From IMG/VR virus record IMGVR_UViG_3300005529_000003, positions 1-64,000 of that record: 64,000 nucleotides of DNA. One strand, given 5' to 3'. The notes under the pieces were generated by a model. The model made no database searches. It was not told the DNA's origin and saw only the letters and a list, made by a program, of their open reading frames with translations. Below, one piece after another: positions 27,596 through 34,963 of the stretch (the stretch's first letter is position 1; each line of letters opens with the position of its first letter). This DNA is from a virus. Both the position numbers and the translations under genes were made by a program.

Positions 27596-29257
27596 TTAAA
27601 ACGGGAATTCGACTTCCTGCTTCTTCGCCTTCTCTGTAAAGCGGAGCAGCTTGAAGATCGGCTGACTTAAGAAGTTCATCATGCCGTCGAGCGGCGTCTG
27701 ATCCTTCTTCTCCTGCTGAGTCTTCGTCTCCTCTCCTCGGAGTAGCCCCTTGAGGATCGAGGGATCGAAGCCGCTGACGAGGAAGCAGCCCTTGTCCGTC
27801 GCGAGGCACGGAAAGTCGGTCGTCTTCGCCCCGTTGACGTGCCACCAGATGATCCGCATCCCAGGCAGACCGCAAGCGGCGAGCTTTTGTCTCGCTTCTT
27901 CGTAGTTCGTCTGAGCGTTGTGATACGATCTTGCCGGCGTGCTGGCGGGGTTGAACTGCATGTCACTGACGACGAGTAGCGTTGACGGAAACGCCTCAAT
28001 AGGAGCCGAGGGGTTCTTGGCCCTTACACGGCACACGGCGTCGATCAGCGATTGGAAGTTCGTACTCCCCATTGCAGTCGGCAGTGACTTGATTTGCCTG
28101 AGCCGCTGCGTGAACGTCCCTGCGAGCTTCACGACCGTCGAGGTGTCGCTGAACATCGCTACGGCGTCCTTGCAGATCCCCGTGTTCAGCATCGAGAAGG
28201 CCACCCCGAGCGACAGGCAGACGTCGATCGGCCTGACCCCCTTGATCAGCTCACACCATCCCATCGATGCGGACGTGTCGAGGCCCACCAGGACGTCTCC
28301 GAGGCAGTGACCCTTGAGCGACTCCAGGCACGTCTCCCACTGCTTGTCGTAGAGCATGTTCTGAATCATGTTCTCCGAACGCTCTGCGGCCCTGCAAAGC
28401 TCGTACGGCTGACCTGTGAACTTCACTCTCCGCTGCTTCTCGAGCCACACACCGAAATCCTCGAACCTTCCGTGGCGCTCGATCCACGACTTCTTGTCTT
28501 GCTTCCCCTTCTGCGAGATCGCGTTCATCAACGCCTTGCCGGGGATCTTGGAGAAGTCGATAAGGTCCCATTTCTTCTGCTGCATCATTCGCTGCCAGAT
28601 GTGAGCCGGGCCAGCGGACTTCAGCTTGCGGTAGTCCTTCTCAGAGAAGCCACAGAAGGCGCAGAGGTCTTTCGCAAAGCCGATTCTCGCCTTGTCTCGC
28701 TCGCTCCTGGCCTTCTTGAACGACCGCATCGTGGGTAGATACTTCAGCAGCAGGGCTTCGTCCAGTGAAACGGCGACCAGGGAAGTCAGCAGCGTTCGGT
28801 TGACCGCAGTCAGGAGAGGCGGCTGGAGGAGGTCTTTCCACGACCCAAACACGGGAACGAGGTCGATGTTGTGTCGCAGCAGCTCGGCGTCGTTGGCGGC
28901 GAGCCATACGAGGCACTTGTAGAACTCGTCACGCCGGCCCATTCCCGTAGCGACTTCTTCGGGGCAGGTTGGGGGTTCGATTCCCTCCGGTCTGTTCGGC
29001 TTCCTCGTGATCAGTCGGAGCCCGAAGATCACCTTCAGGGCAGTCTCCCGATCGTCCTGGAAGATCGCTTCCATGTCCTTGTCTACGGCGGCTTGAGAGC
29101 GGCCGTTGTAAGTTCCACACTTTGAGAAGTATTCGAGACATCGAGCGTACTTCTCGTTGACGCCGCCGACTGCACTGTTTGAAACGGCACCGTTCCATGT
29201 CATCCCGTCCTTCCTTGTGGCGTTCTCATCTTTCAGATCGTTCATGAAGTAACTCAC
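27596..29257 (-). CDS. DUF2828-family Ro60/TROVE-like protein with vWA domain
   Basis: TWNGA, GMGRRDEF, FGSWKDL, IDFSKIPGKA; MIDAS residues LDTSASM, STNFQ, VSDMQF; IIWWHV; LVSGFDP. Confidence 0.8.
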   Translation of the reverse strand: MSYFMNDLKDENATRKDGMTWNGAVSNSAVGGVNEKYARCLEYFSKCGTYNGRSQAAVDKDMEAIFQDDRETALKVIFGLRLITRKPNRPEGIEPPTCPEEVATGMGRRDEFYKCLVWLAANDAELLRHNIDLVPVFGSWKDLLQPPLLTAVNRTLLTSLVAVSLDEALLLKYLPTMRSFKKARSERDKARIGFAKDLCAFCGFSEKDYRKLKSAGPAHIWQRMMQQKKWDLIDFSKIPGKALMNAISQKGKQDKKSWIERHGRFEDFGVWLEKQRRVKFTGQPYELCRAAERSENMIQNMLYDKQWETCLESLKGHCLGDVLVGLDTSASMGWCELIKGVRPIDVCLSLGVAFSMLNTGICKDAVAMFSDTSTVVKLAGTFTQRLRQIKSLPTAMGSTNFQSLIDAVCRVRAKNPSAPIEAFPSTLLVVSDMQFNPASTPARSYHNAQTNYEEARQKLAACGLPGMRIIWWHVNGAKTTDFPCLATDKGCFLVSGFDPSILKGLLRGEETKTQQEKKDQTPLDGMMNFLSQPIFKLLRFTEKAKKQEVEFPF

Positions 29258-29305
29258 GATCTTCTTCTCTTTCTTCTCTAGTGGTTGCTTTAACCGCTCT
29301 TCTTG

Positions 29306-29566
29306 TTACGCACACCGTCGCATCGGAGGCTTTTTGTTTTGCGGCGTAATGGTGAACTGCGGGAAGCACCTCTTGCATCCAACGTTCCCGCAGTTGCTTG
29401 AGCCTTCGTGGCCGCTCTTCTTTACGCCGCTACCGGCTCTCGGTTGTTTCTTTCGCCGACGTCCTGTGCCTGCATAAGAAGCGTAGAGAGCTTTCTTCGC
29501 CGCTTTCATCTGTTTCTTTGCCGCTTTACGCTTTTCCGCTCGGCGTTTCTTTGATGCTGCTCCCAT
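29306..29566 (-). CDS. Very basic small protein with a CGNVGCxxC motif
   Basis: K/R-rich; AAGGA upstream. Confidence 0.6.
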   Translation of the reverse strand: MGAASKKRRAEKRKAAKKQMKAAKKALYASYAGTGRRRKKQPRAGSGVKKSGHEGSSNCGNVGCKRCFPQFTITPQNKKPPMRRCA

Positions 29567-29600
29567 GAGATTCCTTTTCTTTCTTCTTGTGGAAATAAAA

Positions 29601-29648
29601 CAGAACGCTTAACCGATTGCATTGGTAAGAAGTTGCTGTGAGCGTTCT
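29601..29648 (-). ncRNA. ACAGCA-motif small RNA
   Basis: AGAACGCT-CACAGCAAC...AGCGTTCT-G. Confidence 0.75.
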
Positions 29649-29657
29649 TTGTCTTGT

Positions 29658-29867
29658 TCACCCTGCTGATTCTTTCACGACTTTGTAGACTCGTCTCTCG
29701 TCACTCAATAGTTTCTCGAGATCTGCGAGATTGTCATTTTTAACACTGAAGGCCCACCGATCGCTATTAACGAGTGGGTGGGCTTTTACCTCCTGGTTGT
29801 TCGTCCAGTGCCACCACATTGCGCTCAGTACTCCGTAGTATTCAACAATCACCAATGAATGTGTCAT
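29658..29867 (-). CDS. Hypothetical protein
   Basis: MTHSLVIVEYY; GAGG upstream. Confidence 0.5.
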   Translation of the reverse strand: MTHSLVIVEYYGVLSAMWWHWTNNQEVKAHPLVNSDRWAFSVKNDNLADLEKLLSDERRVYKVVKESAG

Positions 29868-29883
29868 TTGTTGAAACCTCTTT

Positions 29884-30081
29884 TCAACACTGGTCGTTGA
29901 CTGCTGGTACTGGCTTTTCGATTTTCGTGTCTCGGTCGAGGAGTTCGTCCCGAACGATGTTGACATCCGGAGGAGCCTCAATCCCGATGCGGATTCGATT
30001 TCCTCGGACTTCGAGAATCTTCACCTTTATGTCTCCATCAATGATCAACGATTCGCCGACCTTGCGAGAGAGTACGAGCAT
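29884..30081 (-). CDS. csrA: Carbon storage regulator CsrA/RsmA
   Basis: MLVLSRKVGESLII...IRIGIEAPPDVNIVRDEL. Confidence 0.92.
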   Translation of the reverse strand: MLVLSRKVGESLIIDGDIKVKILEVRGNRIRIGIEAPPDVNIVRDELLDRDTKIEKPVPAVNDQC

Positions 30082-30083
30082 AT

Positions 30084-30290
30084 TCACTTTCCCTTCCGAC
30101 TCTTGTAGATGTAACCATTCACTCCGATGATGATCTTCTCACCATTGAACTCGGCTTCTGTCGTCTTGTTGCCATGTGTGGACGCCACGACGAGCGTCTT
30201 GCCACTCGCTGACTCGCGGGCCTCCTTGTAAAGTGGTAGCCGGATCACTAGTTCGTCGCCTTCAATCTTCGCTGAAACTTCATTCGCCAT
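30084..30290 (-). CDS. Conserved small hypothetical protein
   Basis: SASGKTLVVASTHGN motif; AAGGAG upstream. Confidence 0.7.
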   Translation of the reverse strand: MANEVSAKIEGDELVIRLPLYKEARESASGKTLVVASTHGNKTTEAEFNGEKIIIGVNGYIYKSRKGK

Positions 30291-30316
30291 CCATCGTCTC
30301 CTTCTAGTGTTAAAAA

Positions 30317-30545
30317 CGAAACGCCGTAGGGTTCTTTTGCTTTACCGTTAAGCTACTCCCCCTGAGTACCGCTACGGTAAATACCGTATAACGCCCGCGG
30401 CCGGCGACTCGATTAAAACTTCGACTGTTAAACGATTCGCGACTCGTAACCGTCTGCGTAGACTATCGAGCGTGATCTAGAGGGGGAGGCGGGAGTCGAA
30501 CCCGCATCAAAAGATTAATGTAAGTAAGTTTGCTGTCGGCGTTTC
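30317..30545 (-). ncRNA. YrlA-like permuted tRNA-mimic RNA with a 117-nt acceptor-loop insert
   Basis: Stem+GACAGCAA, then T arm GCGGG-TTCGACT-CCCGC, CTCCCCCT...AGGGGGAG, D arm TAGCTTAACGGTAAAGC, closing stem. Confidence 0.8.
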
Positions 30546-30563
30546 TTGTTATGTGCAAGAAAA

Positions 30564-30675
30564 CGAAACACCGTCTTTTCATCTTTCGCGTCTACCAGTT
30601 CCGCCACTCAAAAGCTTTCGCTGTTGAGGTGGGACTCGAACCCACATGATAAAGAGTTAATGCTGTTGGTGTTTC
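30564..30675 (-). ncRNA. YrlA-like permuted tRNA-mimic RNA
   Basis: Stem+AACAGCA, T arm GTGGG-TTCGAGT-CCCAC, GAAA-capped acceptor, D arm TGGCGGAACTGGTAGACGC, closing stem. Confidence 0.85.
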
Positions 30676-30685
30676 TGAGAAGGTT

Positions 30686-30771
30686 AGACAGCAACTCCAG
30701 GCTCTTTACCTTTGGCGGGACTGGCTTCTCGCCAGTCCCGCCTACGCATTGCACGTACGGAGTTGCTGTCT
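30686..30771. ncRNA. Self-complementary ACAGCAA element
   Basis: 13-bp inverted repeat AGACAGCAACTCC/GGAGTTGCTGTCT around a 12-bp GC hairpin. Confidence 0.6.
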
Positions 30772-30781
30772 GTGTATTAAA

Positions 30782-30831
30782 CGGAACGCTTGACCTTTGG
30801 TGATGGTGGTTGAGGTTGCTGTGAGCGTTCC
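30782..30831 (-). ncRNA. ACAGCA-motif small RNA
   Basis: GGAACGCT-CACAGCAAC...AGCGTTCC-G. Confidence 0.75.
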
Positions 30832-30977
30832 TGGCTTCTGTACGGCCTTAAAGTTTTCTCTCCTTCACTGAGGACAAGAGAAGACTTTTCACGGAGGAGG
30901 ACGCGCCGTGAGTGACAACATCATGAGGGCGACGAGCAACAACGCGGCGATGTACGGAATCGCCTCAACGATACGTT

Positions 30978-31451
30978 TCATTTGAGTTCTCCTCGGGCTT
31001 TCCTGAGCGAGTTCTGGTACTCTCTCGGATGTTTGCTCTTCCACTTCACCCACGCTGGTAGAAGGATCTTATATGCCCCACAGCACGTCGGGCTTTCGGC
31101 ATATTGTAGTGTGTACTTGTGTTTATCCTCTATAATTACGAAAAGACGACTGGGTAAAGCTGCTGGCGATTGTTTTGAAGTCTCGTTTACGCACCCATCA
31201 AAATTTTGCCAGTCAAACGAAAGCGTGTCCCATCTACTCTTCGTTGTGCCCCACCTTCCTGATTCATAAGCTTCCTGACTAACCGTGTGGATAAAAGGTC
31301 TTAGCTCAAGCTCCCACACCCACCGCCAGAACTCAGCCTCCTCCAGGCGGTCGTTGTCCTCGAGCCAGTCGCAGTAGTACGGGAGGTCCTTGAGTTTCCC
31401 CTGCTCGATCCTGGCGAGAAAGCCCTCCTCTGTTCTTTCTGTGGTGGTCAT
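30978..31451 (-). CDS. TIGR02996-like domain protein
   Basis: EEGFLARI...YYCDWLEDNDRLEEAEFWRW...LPSRLF. Confidence 0.7.
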   Translation of the reverse strand: MTTTERTEEGFLARIEQGKLKDLPYYCDWLEDNDRLEEAEFWRWVWELELRPFIHTVSQEAYESGRWGTTKSRWDTLSFDWQNFDGCVNETSKQSPAALPSRLFVIIEDKHKYTLQYAESPTCCGAYKILLPAWVKWKSKHPREYQNSLRKARGELK

Positions 31452-31604
31452 CTCTAGTACCTCGTATCTTGTTCTGAGTGGATCAAATCCTCGCTGTCTC
31501 TGAACTCGACGTCGGCGTACGTCAACGACTCTTCGCCTGAGACTTTCTTACCTGCGTGAAATAACATCCAGGAGGCGAAGAGTAGAGGCAGGGCGATGAG
31601 TTGC

Positions 31605-32054
31605 CTAATAAACCAGAGCGCTTTCATTCTTTGCTCTTTCTTGTTTTTCTTCTCGCCATTCTTTCCAGGCGTTGAAGAGTGCCTCTTCTGCGTTCTGAAG
31701 AGATGAAAACCCTTTCCATCCTTCTTGTTTTCGTTCCCTCTTCACTTTGTCGAAGAGTTCCTTACAGAGGTAATCTCCTCTGTTCTCTTTAACTCCTATT
31801 GGTTCCCCAGGCCAGTAAGACCAATCTTCCTTGCCGTCACCTGTTGTCGTTCCTCCATATCCGTAGAGAGAAGGCAGCAGCTTCCTCTCAAGCAGCCACT
31901 CCTGAAATTGTGCGAAGTAGTCGTTGTCTTCCTCGTCGCGAATCCACCAGATGAACGCCTCCTTGCTTGAAGGTGCTCTTAGCCTTTCGCAGCGTTCATC
32001 CCAGTAGTCCTTAACCTCTTGTTCGAGGATCTTGTACCAGTCACTCCTCGTCAT
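31605..32054 (-). CDS. Divergent TIGR02996-like protein
   Basis: MTRSDWYKILE...WIRDEEDNDYFAQF...AEEALFNA. Confidence 0.6.
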   Translation of the reverse strand: MTRSDWYKILEQEVKDYWDERCERLRAPSSKEAFIWWIRDEEDNDYFAQFQEWLLERKLLPSLYGYGGTTTGDGKEDWSYWPGEPIGVKENRGDYLCKELFDKVKRERKQEGWKGFSSLQNAEEALFNAWKEWREEKQERAKNESALVY

Positions 32055-32526
32055 TGATCTTCTCCGGCGTCTTCTGTGTCTCTTGCTTTTCCCACGGGTA
32101 ACGAGCGGCGAGGCACGCATTCACGGACAACGGCTCGAGGTCCTCCCACATCTTCTGCACCTTCTCTTCGGGGACGCCGTGCGCGTTCGGGTAGCCGCCC
32201 TCGCAACGAATGAAGACGATTGTCGCGTTGTACTTCATGCCCAACTCGACGTAAGGGCGAGCTTCCCAAGCCTTGATGTTCGTGTTGTCCACGATCACGT
32301 TGTGCCCGTTCATCAGCAACGCCTCAACGCGGATCTGGTTGTAGCGGTGGAACTCCTGGAGCTTCTCGGGCTTGAAGACGTACGCTCCGGTCACATTGTC
32401 GATGAAGTACTCGTCCGTCGAGCAGATCTTGAAGCGAGGTTGTGCGTTCCTCCAGCCGTTGTTCAACTCGTTGGCGAATGTGGACTTCCCCGAGCCTGGC
32501 GGGCCTTGCATGATCACGAGGTACAT
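32041..32526 (-). CDS. N4BP2-like polynucleotide kinase (AAA_33)
   Basis: MQGPPGSGKST, CSTDEYF, VIVDNTN..AWE..PY, NAHGVP. Confidence 0.8.
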   Translation of the reverse strand: MYLVIMQGPPGSGKSTFANELNNGWRNAQPRFKICSTDEYFIDNVTGAYVFKPEKLQEFHRYNQIRVEALLMNGHNVIVDNTNIKAWEARPYVELGMKYNATIVFIRCEGGYPNAHGVPEEKVQKMWEDLEPLSVNACLAARYPWEKQETQKTPEKINDEE

Positions 32527-32561
32527 CGATGTCTCCTTGTTCGTTCTGGTCTTGAAGTCGG

Positions 32562-32924
32562 TTAGTTGCTCGACGGCTTGATGTCGGTCTTCGGCGGAGG
32601 AACTTCTTTGCCCGCTGCCTCATAAACTCGTTCGGTGATGAGTTGAACAAGCTCTTCCGGTGAAGTCGCCTCAAGGACCTCGACTTCGACCGGGACCGCC
32701 TCGTTCGCTGTCTTGTCGATGGCATCGAAGACCGCTGCCAGTTTCAGTAGTGACTGCTCAAAATCGTCGCGGACGGAAAGCGCCTCAAGTAGGCTTCTGA
32801 AGTGAGGGCGTTCCATGCAGTTCATGAACAACTCGAACGCCAACTGGTACTTGATGGCGAGTGGGAGTCGGTCCATATGACCGATCAATATCTTCACGAA
32901 TGGGTTTACCTGATCGTCGCTCAT
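32562..32924 (-). CDS. Hypothetical protein
   Basis: AGGAG upstream. Confidence 0.55.
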   Translation of the reverse strand: MSDDQVNPFVKILIGHMDRLPLAIKYQLAFELFMNCMERPHFRSLLEALSVRDDFEQSLLKLAAVFDAIDKTANEAVPVEVEVLEATSPEELVQLITERVYEAAGKEVPPPKTDIKPSSN

Positions 32925-32951
32925 TCTTGTCTCCTGAACTTGATGTGTAAG

Positions 32952-33031
32952 TAGGGCCGGCAGGAATCGAACCTGCCTTCGGCGTTGATTAGCTATATCG
33001 TCGCCTTAGTCTAGTTAGCACCAGCAACCCT
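32952..33031 (-). ncRNA. Non-canonical tRNA-like element
   Basis: AGGGTTG/CGGCCCT acceptor, GCAGG-TTCGATT-CCTGC T arm; atypical D and anticodon arms. Confidence 0.55.
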
Positions 33032-33037
33032 ATAAAA

Positions 33038-33072
33038 CCTCCCGACGCTTCTCTTGCGATGGCGTCGGGAGG
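33038..33072 (-). terminator. Intrinsic terminator-like hairpin
   Basis: CCTCCCGACGC...GCGTCGGGAGG with a T run on the minus strand. Confidence 0.6.
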
Positions 33073-33149
33073 CAGACCAGGAGAACCGCTGGTGTTCCGT
33101 CTAAGTGTGTTAACGATCGATCACAAAAAGACGGAACAGAGCAGATTTC

Positions 33150-33365
33150 CTAGTTCTTAATCGTGACGTACTTGCTTTGCTTCTGATCGAAACCGATTGC
33201 CGTGTTCGTCTTTGCGGCATGCCAGTACTCCACTCCGTCCTTGAAGTTGGAAACTCCGGTGAGGTCCATGCCGCGAGCTTGAGCCTCTGCCCTGATGAGT
33301 GCGGGGATCTTGATCATTGGACGGCTCTCCCTTTCTTTGTCGTTCGAGTATCCTTCGTTCATCAC
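33150..33365 (-). CDS. Hypothetical protein
   Basis: AAGGAG upstream. Confidence 0.55.
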   Translation of the reverse strand: MMNEGYSNDKERESRPMIKIPALIRAEAQARGMDLTGVSNFKDGVEYWHAAKTNTAIGFDQKQSKYVTIKN

Positions 33366-33371
33366 ATCTCC

Positions 33372-34028
33372 TTACTGAACGCTGAGCGAAGCCGCTTCGA
33401 CCTGCGGTTTCCCCTGGAAGAAGGACTGTGTCCCGCTCGCCGTGACTACTCGCCCCTTGAAGTAGTCGATGTTCTGCGCGTACTGCCCAAGAACCTGCGG
33501 ATTCTTGATGACGATCGTTCGCTGGGCGACCTTGTAGTCGGGGGTGTCGTTCAAGAACACCCACCCTCGACTGTTCTTGCCGACGCTCGCCACGACGAAC
33601 TGCGACTGAACCTGCTGGATCGGTGCGGGCGGAATCGTTCCGGCGTTCAGATAACCAGCGACCGGAGGACTCTGCGTCGGCAGCGGCACCGGCGTCGGAG
33701 CCGGAGCGGCGAACTGAGGCTGAGGCTGAGGATGGTAGTACATTGCGGGCGTCATCGGCGGAGCGACCGCAGCGGCGACGGCGGCGTGCGGCTTCTGAGC
33801 CTCCTCGACGTGTGCGTCCTTTTTCGTATCCTTCTGGTTCACATACCAGAGGATTGCCAGGGACGGCACGATGGCGGCGAGGGCCCAGACAGCCATCGGG
33901 TGCTGCTGGATGTACACGGCGGGACTGCGGCGGTTCTGCGGACTCATCTTGTTCTCCTCGTTCGTGACAGGCGACTCGTTGTTGGACAGTGACTCGTTCT
34001 TGACGCTCTCGACTGCTGACTCAGACAT
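33372..34028 (-). CDS. Membrane-anchored protein with Pro-rich linker and OB-fold-like C-terminus
   Basis: TM WALAAIVPSLAILW; VFLND, YFKGRVVTASG, GKPQV. Confidence 0.6.
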   Translation of the reverse strand: MSESAVESVKNESLSNNESPVTNEENKMSPQNRRSPAVYIQQHPMAVWALAAIVPSLAILWYVNQKDTKKDAHVEEAQKPHAAVAAAVAPPMTPAMYYHPQPQPQFAAPAPTPVPLPTQSPPVAGYLNAGTIPPAPIQQVQSQFVVASVGKNSRGWVFLNDTPDYKVAQRTIVIKNPQVLGQYAQNIDYFKGRVVTASGTQSFFQGKPQVEAASLSVQ

Positions 34029-34337
34029 CGTTCGTGACTCCTCGTTCGTTTAGTGGTTTTCGTTTTCGATCTTCTCGCCTCGTTTAGGAGTGAGAGAAAC
34101 TTTTCTTCATCATCCTTCGCCACCGAACTCTTCCTCGATCGGCCACTGGTGTTCTTCTGTTTCCGGATTCCTCGGACTTCTTTTTGGAAAATTCCTCAAG
34201 GCCCTTGACCTCCTTTGCCTTCACCCCATAGAATCTCTTGCTTCTCCTGCCGAAGAAAAGAAAAAGTCTTCTCTACTCCTTAGTGGAGGAGAGAAGACTT
34301 TCTCTTCTTTCCTGACTGACGATTCTGACCTGGAACG

Positions 34338-34829
34338 TCAGAAAGGGATCTCGCTGTCGTCGTTCTGGCTCTCGTCGCTATCGCCCTGGTCGTTGGGCAG
34401 CTCGACGGTCCTTGTCCCGACACTGACGGGCGACTTCTCGCTCTTCGCGCTGGCTGTCGCTGAACCCTCCTTGGGTTTCGCGTCGAGCGGCATGATCATG
34501 ATGGCCTCGACGACCCACTTCTCTCGATGTTCTCCCGTCTGACGGTCGGCCCACTCCTCCTTCTTGAGTCGGCCCTTGACGTACACGAGCCGCCCCTTTC
34601 CGTTCTGACCGAACAGCTTCTCCAGGTGGTCGGCGAGCTGCTGAGACTTGTTGTTGAAGCCCTTGACGTCCCAGTAGACCGGGAAGTCCTCCCACTCGTT
34701 CGTCTTCTTGTTGAGCTTTCTCTCGTTGATCGCCACGCTGATCTTCGTGACCTTGCCCCCGTTGTCGAACGTCTTCGTCTCTGCGTCTCGTGTCAGCCGC
34801 CCGATCAGTGTGAACTCCTGAAAATTCAT
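34338..34829 (-). CDS. ssb: Single-stranded DNA-binding protein
   Basis: LIGRLTRDAE, KGRLVYVKGRL, acidic tail DDSEIPF. Confidence 0.92.
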   Translation of the reverse strand: MNFQEFTLIGRLTRDAETKTFDNGGKVTKISVAINERKLNKKTNEWEDFPVYWDVKGFNNKSQQLADHLEKLFGQNGKGRLVYVKGRLKKEEWADRQTGEHREKWVVEAIMIMPLDAKPKEGSATASAKSEKSPVSVGTRTVELPNDQGDSDESQNDDSEIPF

Positions 34830-34914
34830 CGTAACCTCCGAAGTGTAGTGAAGTTAAGTTCTATCCGCCTCAATTAGGAGTGGAGAGAACTTTTCTTAAC
34901 ACTGAGCGAAAAAG

Positions 34915-34951
34915 AAAACGAGCCTCTCCACCGAGATGAAGAGGTTCGTTT
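34915..34951 (-). terminator. Intrinsic terminator-like hairpin
   Basis: AAACGAGCCTCT...AGAGGTTCGTTT after the 950-aa gene. Confidence 0.55.
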
Positions 34952-34963
34952 CGTCGGTTGTTG

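Noticed and set aside
30317-30545. Two-piece (permuted) tmRNA
   Set aside because: No G3-U70 pair, a normal D arm, no tag reading frame, and it is enclosed by the ACAGCA stem.
29601-30831. CRISPR array
   Set aside because: The repeats are split stems with covariation and irregular cargo, not identical direct repeats with uniform spacers; no cas genes are seen.
18069-32054. Diversity-generating retroelement driving the TIGR02996-like family
   Set aside because: No reverse transcriptase and no template/variable repeat pair with adenine-specific differences are visible in the window.
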